From: Lingula anatina
Taxonomy: Eukaryota > Animalia > Brachiopoda
Length of the DNA stretch: 64,000 nt
Direction of reading: 5' to 3'
NCBI GenBank assembly: GCA_051362555.1
Contig: CM120643.1
Span: 19,348,848 to 19,412,847, forward strand
Part shown: positions 25,259 to 36,131 of the stretch, one piece after another
Position numbering within the stretch: position 1 is the first letter of the stretch
Layout of the letters: each line of letters begins with the position of its first letter
Notes under the pieces: model-generated
The model's input: the letters and a program-made list of their open reading frames with translations, nothing else
Database searches by the model: none
Told to the model about the DNA's origin: nothing
Made by a program: the position numbers and the translations under genes

Positions 25259-28200
25259 CATGGCCCAGTGGGTAAGGCACGCACTTCACTTTAAAAAAAA
25301 ACAATTAAAAAACACCCCCTGACAAAATAGAGCTCATCTAAACAAAACAGTCCAAGGAGACGGGGTTGACAAAGAAGGGTGAACCAATACCAGATGTGAA
25401 CATGGCTTAAAAGAGCCCTCGGGCCGCGGGACTCGCTTAATTCTCGCCTACAACACACCCATTCTGTCGTTGGCATTGGCTGTAGACAGACAGGTCTTCC
25501 TCGATTCTCTGACTGCTAGGGTGTACATGTAGAATAATTACTGTCATCACGTATCATGATAGCATATATCTGAGGACGTGGAAACTATTAATCTCTTTCA
25601 AAATTGACTTCTTTTTAATCGTAAAAAGTAAATGAGAACCCAGCACACTACGTGCTTCCCGTGCTGCCATTTCAAATGTTATTAATTGTTTCGCAGGACA
25701 AAATATATCACAAGTTATTACATCTAGTCGTAGTTTTAAGATTGTATACACAATACAAATATTAGGCCTATCTTAGCAAACTGGGCTATCTTGTACTGAT
25801 AGACCTTTTAACAATAGTAGTTCATGTCCTTATATTATTGAACATTGATCTTAAGATGAATTTCTGATATCAAAGACACCTCATACACAAAACACTTTTT
25901 GTTAATAATTTAATAATAATAGATAAATAGTCAGAACTGAATAAAGTACATAAACAAATGCCAAGACATACATATACTGTGTTTGGGAGATCCCTTGTAC
26001 CTCAGGGGGGATACATAAACCTCACAGCCTTGTCTTATCAGAGGGGTAGGGTCTATATAGGTTAAAAGGTAATATTTATTCAACCTTCTTTTTTTCTCAT
26101 AATGTCAAAAAAAAGATTGGCTTTCTATTGATCCTGTGGGCGCATATTTTTATAATTTCTGTAGAAAATACCAAAATTGATCTTTTCGTGTAGTGAACAA
26201 GAGCCACGGATCAATGCTGGACACGCCAATACTGCAATACAGGATTAATACCAACATGACGATCACTGAACCAACTCTAAACAAATCCTATTGGGAAAGC
26301 TGGCGGCCTGGCGCATGCTGTTGCTTTCCGGCTGTACTTTTGTGCTTCCTAGGCTCGCACAGGTGTAATAAAACATTCATTTGCCAGGTGTAAAGGAACT
26401 GGTGCTTATTTCGGCTCTGTCTGGACAAAAAAGCGCTCTCTGTATGATATATCTGTGTCTGTACATGTGGGTATCACGGCCTCCCCCCACACCTTCCCAT
26501 TTGCCTGCATACCCGTAATAAGGTCGGACTTTACGTAATGCCCTATCTTTTCCCCTTAGTTGTATCCCTTTTAATGAGGTAGTCTGGGAAGAAAATAAAT
26601 AAACCAATAAAACGAGTCGTATATTACATTTGCTCTTTATAATATTTAGTGACCGTAACAAACGATATAATGAACTTATCTACATCTGTCGTACAAATGA
26701 ACACGGTCATTCATTGATGAAATAGTGGTGCACCTAAAAATAATATCACAGCTAACGTAACAAGTTATAACACATCAGAAACCCTTGCCAGTCACGCTGC
26801 CTGGTGCTGTGAGTATGACCAGGCCATAGCTAGGACATAATATTAAGAAAGTCTCTCAATCCTGTATACAATTTTCTTGAGCAACCTCAGCTATATTTAA
26901 CGACACAGTGTCTAGAATACGATAGAACTAATCGAGAATATAAACAGGCGTACACATTATCATAAATTTTGCAAATTTCATTCCTTTGACTTATCACACA
27001 TTTACTCAGTAATGGAGAAACTGAATCGATTTCACATCAGACTAAATCAAATTTGCAGTAATACAGTCAACTATATAGTGGGCCTATTTATCTCTGGATA
27101 AGTCCAGAAAGAAGCAAATTTACAGCATTTCGTGAATATGAAGATAAGTGTGTATCATTTGTATACACGTTCAAAAAAAAAAGAGAAAAAATTGTCAACT
27201 GGCATTAGTTAGCAACATTAAAATCTCTCTCGTATAACATTAACATACACAATAACAACCAAAAAACAACTGTGTATTTGTACACACGTCTATAATCTCG
27301 TCTCTCAATGTCTTCTCCTGAGTCACGCAATGTTCAGGACACAAGTAATTCAGATTAAGTTTTCTAACATGAAGTTCACAATATACAGGGGTGGGTTGGT
27401 GGGGGTGGAACTAAGAGAGAGACATCTATTATTTGATGATATAGGAAACAGTGGATCGTAGTGCACGTTGTCTTTATATATAAAAATGCATTGCTATGAA
27501 ATTTATAGACGGCATTTAGAATTTCTGCTTTACATTTTCACTGCACAGTCCGGTGTCAGGGTCGACCCCTTCTGGCAGCCGATCCTGTAACCAACACCGC
27601 CGTCTAAGGTGAATATAATCCATCATGTGCTCATCCACACAGAGCGTGCTGAGGTCGAGAGCAGCTTAAATCTACCTGTAGAATTATATACGCAACACGT
27701 AGCTCGGCAACTATGCGCCGAGCCAGGTAAAAAATACAAAGATGGTGATTTTGCTGCTCACAAGGTCAACGTCTAAAGTCAGTCGTGAAATATATTTCAT
27801 CTTACATAAAGTATATATATATATAACTGCATGTACACATATGGCTAGTTAATTAGATCTTTATATATCCATCACAACCGATATTCATATAGTCCAGAAA
27901 TTTTTAATCAACATGCGGGCAATATGTATATAGCTCTTGCAGTGCTTATCTGCCTTCCTTTACTATATTAACCGATGATTCAATATATAGCTAAGTAAAT
28001 CACTGGCACGTGAATCTAGTTTTACTTCACTCCAGGCGCTGTCAGAGGTTAAGGATATAGGAGATATAAAGGAGGATAACAAACATTCACACTACCTAAT
28101 AGTTATCTTGCCTCCAATGGGCTTCTTACAGTAATAATTAAAATACCGGTGTTTCTGGCTTAGAGGGCAGTGAAGGCAATGCACTATATATTCTGGACGG

Positions 28201-28657
28201 TTTATAATCAAGTTTACATCAACAGAATTCATATCTTTATTTTACAATATGAAAAGAAAATCAGCTCTAAAAGCACCTAATAAACAAGTCGGTTCTGACA
28301 TTAAATAATAGGAAAAGTATGTTCATTCTAGTATAATACGCACATATACCTGGTGCCAACATGGCGCTTACATCTACCGATCCAATGGAGATCAAATCTC
28401 GAAAATCATAAAAATAAAAATCTTATAACAATTAGTGTACTGAAATTTGTCTTATTTACATAGTACAACATTGCACCATATCTATTTAGTAATAATGTAA
28501 GCTTGCTGAACCGTATTTTTTTCTTTTTTTAAATAAATTAACATAGCCTTTCCGTAAACAAAAGTATATATCTCTAATTCTCTTGATTAATGTCACACGT
28601 ATAATTATGTTAACGTACCGCGGTGATCGTCGCAGTGCCCGTTCTGTCTAAAAAATC

Positions 28658-31090
28658 TCAGAGAAAATGCAGCCACTGTTTGTCTGATTCTGACGCGGGC
28701 AGTGCTCGAAAGTAACATTCAAACATGTAATCTTCTCCGTTATTATTGTCCCAGAACACCTGACTCCCGGCGTTGTAGCACACGGCAAACTTCAGCCGGC
28801 TCCCCACCGTGAAATCCGGCGGGAGAGAGATAGTAAATGCAAAGCGATCCGTCGGCCCGTCGCAAGAGTTAGCGACGTAACTCGCCGGGATATCTTGCGT
28901 AGTCGCCCAATTGTCCGTTGAATAATGTATAAACACTTTCTTGTGATATGCAATATTCGCCACCCGAATTGTCCCAGTGATGGTCATGTCGGTTACCATG
29001 GTATTCTCCAGACAAACCTTCTTATCGTTGACGCGTCGGTAAAAGTCGGGTTCGCAGCCCGGCTGTCGGAAACACTCGGACATATGCCGACTGCCCTGTG
29101 ACACTCTAAACTGAGGGTCGTTGACCGGAGAGGTGTTCGACAGGCCTTTGATGGCAGAGCTAGGGATCATAGGGGGTTGTTCTATATTGAAAATGTGACG
29201 CACCGATTCTAGATCTAACCCGAGGGCGTCAGCAAATCGGACCTCCTTTTTCCTGTGAGGCGTCCCAGGTGGCGTCTTATTCGTCTTCAGTGACACTGAC
29301 CGTCGAAAATCGGCTTTGACAAAATTAAATTCTCGGTCCTCGAACAAAGGACTATTGTCAGGAATTTGAAGCTTTGGCACAAATGGAGCTGGATCCAACG
29401 GAGAATCAGGTTTTTCTTGGTCATCCTTTTCGTCATCCTTGTGATCATCGGTCTTTGTCTCTGTGTCACCTAAATCTAAGCTAGGAGCCTGAATGTCAAG
29501 TAACGGGGGTTTCGGGCGTCCGTGGCTCTGCCCGTGACTTCCAGCAAGTTCGTCCACTTTCACTAAACCGCCATGGAAAGGGATGGCATCTCCTTCGCTT
29601 TCACCTTCACGGTCGCCATTAGTGCTATCAACGACGTCCGCCTTATGGTCTTTCATGTTTTCTGTCTGGGCGTCATCTGTGTTGCTAACAAGCTGTTCCA
29701 AGTCAGAAGACGTAGGGGTCGTATCACAAGAGGTCGTGTCGCAGGCATCATCTTTAAAACAAAAATCACACAAATTATCTAAATCTGACTTTGGTTTCTT
29801 ACTGTTTGTACTTATATTATCAGAGCAACCATTACATACGAGTTTATCTTCGCCCGGTAGCACACGGAGAGGGCTGAACTGCCCGTCGGTCAGTTCGATC
29901 TCCGGACTGCTCAGCTCGGACCCCGGCTCACTGCTGGACATTGGAGTTTCAGAGACGTTGCGGTGGCATAAAGAACATTTAGAAACGCCAGCGTCGATGT
30001 CATCATCGCTGTTATCGTCGCCGACCGGTGTGGTTTCCCGTTCGTCAGTTTCTCTCCTCTGCTGTATGCTTTGGAAGAATTTATTCCAGTCTGCGTAACC
30101 CTGGTACTCCTTGTACTGTTCCGGTATATCTACGTTCAGGTTCGTCTCCCCGAACTCCAGCCTTTCTAAATCTAGATCGCTTTCGTTTGTAGTGCTGTAG
30201 CCGTCGGTGTCAGTAGTACCCGTGCTCATTTCAGAAAACACCTCGCTTTCGCTCTGCGATCGCGTATCCACGCTCAACCTCTCGCTGCCATTCAGGTCCG
30301 GTGCATCAGCCTTTTCTTCTACACTCAAAACGACCGTGTCTACCCCTTCCTCGTCTCGGTAGCTCCCAGAACCGTTGTCTACAACCTGGTCCGTGCTATT
30401 CATCTCCCCATTGTAATGGCGGTGGTGGTAGTTTACTGGGCGGCCTGGATCACCTTCAAAACCGCAATAAGAATCCGGTGTGACGTCGGGTAGAGGCAGA
30501 GGTCGTACATGATCAGCTGATTGAAAAATGTCAGGTAGCAGATTCGTACCTGGCTCGTGCTCTTGCTGCTCGGTGGCCGTGAATCTTGCCATTTCGTTCA
30601 GGTTCGCCATTCCTGAAGTTACTATACCCGTGCTCTCTTGATTAGTTGGCAGACTGGGGTTTTCTGTGTTAACTTCCCTGATAATGCGCCGTTCGCCCTC
30701 AACAGCAAGATGTGCACTCTTTAAACTTTCTTCCGCGGCTGAAATACCGTCTATCATATCACTGCGATGATTTTCCGAACCCGTCTGATTTTGGTCGACA
30801 ATTTTTGAGGTTTCATCAAGCAAAATAGTACTTACAAGACCGTCTTTTTCGGTGATCACCACGCCAAGGTCATCAGCGCTTGTATCAAAGTCACCTTCGC
30901 TGGCGGTTTCCGAATCTCTGCCCGTCTTTAAAAAACAATGCCAGCAGTTAACACCTGGTTTTAAGGGCTTAGTAGAGTTTAATGGTGGGTCTGAAGAAGA
31001 CGTACCCGAAAAACTGGCCAGAAGTCTTGTAGTAATCCTACTAACAGCGTTCTGATTATTTTCCACTTCAGGCTTGCAATCTTCCGCCAT
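28658..31090 (-). CDS. Protein phosphatase 1 glycogen-targeting regulatory subunit (PPP1R3 family, Gbs-76A-like), single coding exon, 810 aa
   Basis: Long ORF with RRSVSLKTNKTPPGTPHRKKEVRFADALGLDL (RVxF PP1-docking motif) and a C-terminal CBM21 domain (VCLEN...GTIRVANIAYHKKVFIHYSTDNW...DRFAF...FAVCY...WDNNNGEDY). Confidence 0.95.
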   Translation of the reverse strand: MAEDCKPEVENNQNAVSRITTRLLASFSGTSSSDPPLNSTKPLKPGVNCWHCFLKTGRDSETASEGDFDTSADDLGVVITEKDGLVSTILLDETSKIVDQNQTGSENHRSDMIDGISAAEESLKSAHLAVEGERRIIREVNTENPSLPTNQESTGIVTSGMANLNEMARFTATEQQEHEPGTNLLPDIFQSADHVRPLPLPDVTPDSYCGFEGDPGRPVNYHHRHYNGEMNSTDQVVDNGSGSYRDEEGVDTVVLSVEEKADAPDLNGSERLSVDTRSQSESEVFSEMSTGTTDTDGYSTTNESDLDLERLEFGETNLNVDIPEQYKEYQGYADWNKFFQSIQQRRETDERETTPVGDDNSDDDIDAGVSKCSLCHRNVSETPMSSSEPGSELSSPEIELTDGQFSPLRVLPGEDKLVCNGCSDNISTNSKKPKSDLDNLCDFCFKDDACDTTSCDTTPTSSDLEQLVSNTDDAQTENMKDHKADVVDSTNGDREGESEGDAIPFHGGLVKVDELAGSHGQSHGRPKPPLLDIQAPSLDLGDTETKTDDHKDDEKDDQEKPDSPLDPAPFVPKLQIPDNSPLFEDREFNFVKADFRRSVSLKTNKTPPGTPHRKKEVRFADALGLDLESVRHIFNIEQPPMIPSSAIKGLSNTSPVNDPQFRVSQGSRHMSECFRQPGCEPDFYRRVNDKKVCLENTMVTDMTITGTIRVANIAYHKKVFIHYSTDNWATTQDIPASYVANSCDGPTDRFAFTISLPPDFTVGSRLKFAVCYNAGSQVFWDNNNGEDYMFECYFRALPASESDKQWLHFL

Positions 31091-31568
31091 AGCAGTTTGC
31101 TGCGGATCCTAAACCCCGGGAAGTCATTCAAGGTGAAGCACTTATGTGGTAACAAGACCTGACTGCAAATTGCAATGCCTCCTTATAGTAGCACAACGTT
31201 TCTATGAATAATATGCTGACCTCATCATGCAAAGAAAACTACGCAATCAACATGTTTTCACTTGCACAATCTCGGTATGCACTGTACTCAATATAATAGC
31301 TGTCAGTCTGCAATCCAGTAGATTCCAGATTCATTGAGAAGCCGGCTGTTTACTAACAAATAGTGACGCAAGCAGTTGCACGTAGCCCCCTAGGTGGCTA
31401 CATGAAGGTTGTCAAGATGAGCTCTCCAGTGCATAAATTTCTTCTTAAATAGATCAAATTTCTTCGATATGCTTGCTATCAGTTGAACGATAACTGCAGT
31501 ATAGCAAACGTTATAGCAGTATTACCAAGCAACGACAATCACGACGCCGTATATTCTGTGACGTTCCC

Positions 31569-31690
31569 ATGACCTTGATGTGTCCGCCAATAAGGACATC
31601 GGAAGCTCCTCCCCTTGACTCTTGAGTCTGACCTATTTAATGACCTTTCTATAAATACATCTCATCTATGACGTAGGCGTTGAGGTCACA
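31569..31690 (-). promoter_or_regulatory. Candidate proximal promoter of the PPP1R3 gene with clustered nuclear-receptor half-sites
   Basis: TGACCTTGA (minus strand TCAAGGTCA, ERR/NR5A-type), TGACCTatttaaTGACCT, TATTTATA on the minus strand, TGACGTA and GAGGTCA, ~500-600 bp upstream of the ATG. Confidence 0.35.
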
Positions 31691-32060
31691 GGGTATGTTC
31701 AAGTTATCCGCAGAATTTGTGGATTGCCGAGGTGCGCCCGTGAATTATATTCATAGTTACTGTTTGATCTTTTTTGAAATTATCCGAATTATATCATCAA
31801 GAGCAGGAAAAGTGATTCCCAACGTTGTGATTGTTTCTTTGATTGTATATGATACATTCTTGGACCCCTTATATAAAGTAAATTAGCTCTGAAGTTAATT
31901 AAATTTCCATTTTTATTCTTTGAAATATTCAACCATTCTACTTTGGGATAAAACTTCTCAACACTCCGAAATATGCTGTAAGATTCTTTTATTCGCTTTC
32001 AGCGACACTAGCCACAGTTTTGACAAAAGAAATTAGGTTAACAAAATAGAATAGCCTAAT

Positions 32061-32093
<33 letters not shown>
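32061..32093 (+). repeat. G33 homopolymer
   Basis: Direct inspection. Confidence 0.9.
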
Positions 32094-32734
32094 CTATAAA
32101 AGAAAGAAAAAAATGTGTTACCCTGCAAAAAATGGCGCCCGATGTTGGGATCAATCAGATCCATCGGGTAGAGTTCCAATATTTTTTTTATGATGCAATC
32201 ATCCAGCCTTTATAATTATTCAATCAATTTACATGAAGCTGATGAAGGAGCAGATGGCACCTCTTGGACTTTGCAACTATTAGCCTTGCTTGACCTTGCG
32301 CAAACAAATCCATTTAATACCTGCTAATCAAGATGTGAACCTCTCATTTACATGTGTCTATTTCCTGGTATTCAGCACTGGATTTAACCACAATGGGCTG
32401 TTTTCTCGTTTTACAAAATACCAGTGTTGAATAATGGAGCATTTTAGCATAATTTTATTGGCCTGTTGGGGCGTTACTAGGAAATAAATCCATTTTTATT
32501 ACATTAATCACTTTCCCTCACCTTAATTGATCAAAGGTCAACAAGGTCAACACCAGAGAGGCAGACTTGACCAAGGAATGAGTAAGACCGGTGCGAGCCA
32601 ACGTCTAAAACACGCGCACAACTTGCATTTCCAGGAAATCCAGCACCTTCTGTGTAACGGGGCCCCTCTCTAGCTGTGACCAAATTGTACACATAGAAAA
32701 GATCTCTGGTAGAGAGTTGAAATCAAGCTGAGCC

Positions 32735-32849
32735 ACAAACACACACACAGAGAAACACACACGCACGCGCGCACACACACAAACACACGCATGCACACAT
32801 ACGCACAAACACACCGACGCGCGCGCACACACACACACACACACAAACA
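32735..32849. repeat. Imperfect (CA)n/(CG)n microsatellite
   Basis: Direct inspection. Confidence 0.85.
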
Positions 32850-34183
32850 CCCTACTTTAATGCTACGAAAAGAAAACATAGGGAGCCTATACATCAAGAG
32901 TTCATGTAGTTCATCTGTCTGCCTGCAAATATATAGCCTGGTATGGGGGATGAGAGCATATAAGATGACCTGATGTGAGTGTTACAAGGGAAAAGGAACA
33001 CAAGCGCTGAAAACAGCATAATTTGTCTGCATTACTATGGAGCACGTGCTAATTTTTCCATCTGTATGTCGGTGAGGTGATGGCTGCGTGCGTGCGGGCG
33101 CTTTCTTGGATGCACTGAAGTGATTGGCGAAGTGGTTTGTTATATCTTATAAGCCTACTTGTAGTTTGCGTACATAGTAGGCCTACTATTGACTCAGCGG
33201 CTAAAAAATATCAATTGGAAATATACAATTTTCAGCGTCATGGCTCTCTGCTACCATCGTTCTGAGCAGGTTTTGAAGTTTATTTTCATCTCTGTACATG
33301 TACGTGCACGACCATGACCTTTTCTCTGGGTTAAGGATAATAAGATAGAGTCGCAATAACTTATTTTTTCATCAGTTAGACCGTATACGTGCCTGGCATC
33401 ATCTTAGTAGTTGATGTTTATTTTCTGAAGTAATTTTTATCAAGCATCTGCCATCTAATAGGCTACATAGCATACGGCTTAGCTGCAGATGAAACTTAAG
33501 GCGTTCATTATATATAATTCTTAATAAAGGTACAGAAGATCATATGCGCTTCATTTTGCTGCCTATGAAACTATCTTTGAACAAAAAAGCACTGTAGGTA
33601 CATTTTCCTGTTTTTTTATTAAATGTCATAAATTTATCTTATTCAGTTCTCCCGTAGTGATTTCTCTAATTCAAAAAACGCGTCTTCGGACCGAATTCAA
33701 GTAACGCTCTCAGATTTTCCTACCTCTCAAACAATTCTTCAAAGTTTTATCAGAGGTGCGACATTGCGTCGGCTAGACATCAGTGGATGGCATTCATGGC
33801 GTATTCAGGGGTAGGTTCTTCATTGGCAAGTTTTTTCCCCCAACTTTAATTCTAGCATATAACCCCAACAAACTGGTTGCACGTCTGTGTTATGCACGTA
33901 ATTCGGAGATCTGGAAGTTTTCTTTTCTTTTATAAAGCACATATACACTTGGAAAAAAGGATATGGTTATCAAAATAAAACAAAAATATGCAACTGAAGG
34001 AAAATTAGCATAAAATTAACTAAGAAAAAATGCCCACAGCTAGTTTTATACGCTAGTAACGAGTGGTCGGTTTTTACTGTAAATTTATTCACGGTCAGGA
34101 ATCGGGAGAGGACATTTCAACATCTTGAATTTCCAACCGCAACTGAAGGAATGGAGAACCACATGTGGCGAAGTTCACGGCCG

Positions 34184-34290
34184 GGATTGGTCCTGATGAC
34201 TACACGCCGTCTCTATGACGTCACACTACTTACAACGTCACGTTGTTGACGTCAGGCTTCTATTGCCGTCCATTTTTTGACGTCATGGTG
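34184..34290. promoter_or_regulatory. CpG-rich element with three perfect CREs and a CCAAT box
   Basis: TGACGTCA at 34216, 34247 and 34278, plus an ACGTCA half-site; GATTGG at ~34185. Confidence 0.5.
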
Positions 34291-34662
34291 GGGAAGTACA
34301 CCCAATGTCGTGACACTTTACGTTATGAATATAGTACTGTGTCAAATATTTGTGACACATCTGTAGGATTAAGATTGGAACAATTAATGTTGATTTAATT
34401 ATGTAAAATGGTTGCAGCTCTACAAGTTATCATTAAAATTTAAACGATTAGTTTGCAAGGATGTGAACTTGTGCTACTCCTTTGGGACAACTGTATTTTT
34501 TAAAAGATTATTTCAAATACATTTCTAGTTTCAGTTTGGCTCAGGAGTAACTTTTACGTCTGAACATGCATAAAATTTATTTCTTTTTTTTTCACTAAGG
34601 TTTGATGGGTCGCAGATACAGTATCAGCAATAAAAATAACTATCATAAAATATAATAATGAA

Positions 34663-34699
<37 letters not shown>

Positions 34700-35242
34700 C
34701 AAAACAAAACAAAACCTTCACCAAATCAAATTCAATTGCTATTTATTATACACAACTATTTGATCGTCGTGCAAAGGAAGATCCTACAAGAAAATGCAAA
34801 TAAAAAACATCAACAAACATAAGTTCAATGTTATGTTACTTGTGTGATATATTTGCAAGGTGTAATCACAAATGCCCTGTAAACAACTTCACAGTTTTCA
34901 CCTTCAAACATTTCATTGTGCTATAAGCAAGGTCATCCGGTCATCCCCTGTGAGGAGAATTTCCCAGAAAAAGTGTCTTTACTAAAAGAACTATTTTTTA
35001 CAAGGTCTCAAAAGCACTGATACCATTAAATAGCTGCGAGATATTTATACACCTTCCTGTAGAGTTTGTACAGACTCCTCTGTCTGATAAATTATTTTCA
35101 AAGATTTCTTATCAGTTTTTGGGAGTATTTCAGTCACATTCTGGAAGATGTCATCCCCCCCCCCAACTGTTGCCGTCGCTGCTCTGCTGTACAATCATAC
35201 TGGCCACAAGTACATGTCAAAGGTCACCACTAGATGGCTCTG

Positions 35243-35430
35243 TCAGCTCTGAGAACCATGACTGGAAGGTTTCGGCTTTTCTATCACAAGTTTCATATCT
35301 GTGTACAGTCTTTCAATGGTAACCTGAAACGATACAAATATTATGATGAAGTTTAAAATAATTGTATTAAGCTAGGACCTACCAAACAGGTTGGTGGGTA
35401 CCAGTATCAAGAAATTAATAGTACCTAGCA

Positions 35431-35477
<47 letters not shown>

Positions 35478-36076
35478 AGTTTTAGATATCATGTTTTAGA
35501 TTCCTCGTGGTTGAATCAGTTCAAAGCTAAGACTCCGTTCACATGAAAAATCTATTTTCTAAAAATCTATTTTCTATTCGCGGTATCTTGTGATCACTCC
35601 GAGCGCAGCCGAGAATTAATTACAGCTTTGGAAGTAACTGGCTCGCGCTGCCAGTAATTACGCCGCGAGGTATTCAGGGCATAGACCGTGATCACAAGAT
35701 ACCGCGAATAGAAAATACATTTTTAGAAAATATTTTTTGCATGTGAACGGTCCCTAAGTGTGATATGAAACTAGCTATTAAAAGTACAAGTTACCCTTCC
35801 TATAAGTAGAACATTTGGCAAATCAACCACTAATGTGTACTCAGAACCAAAGAACTCAAACCAAGGTAGAGGTGGTTCTGAAAGTACCTGTATGTCTAAG
35901 CATTCTTTTGCAAAAAATGAACTTGTTGATTTTGCCCCTCCCCCCCCCCCCCAAAAAAAAAGTGGTGGTGGAGGGGAGCTTAGGCCTCATGAAACATGTC
36001 ATCATGTACTTCAATCATATGTTATATACTCAGGGCGGAAAGAGGGGGTTGCAGGAGGAGGGAAGAATGCGCTAAT

Positions 36077-36131
<55 letters not shown>

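Noticed and set aside
10000-28000. Numerous 60-150 aa ORFs in the intergenic region
   Set aside because: No recognisable domains or consistent exon chains; many derive from microsatellites or non-ATG starts.
29583-30098. 171-aa ORF antisense to PPP1R3
   Set aside because: Shadow frame of the real CDS.
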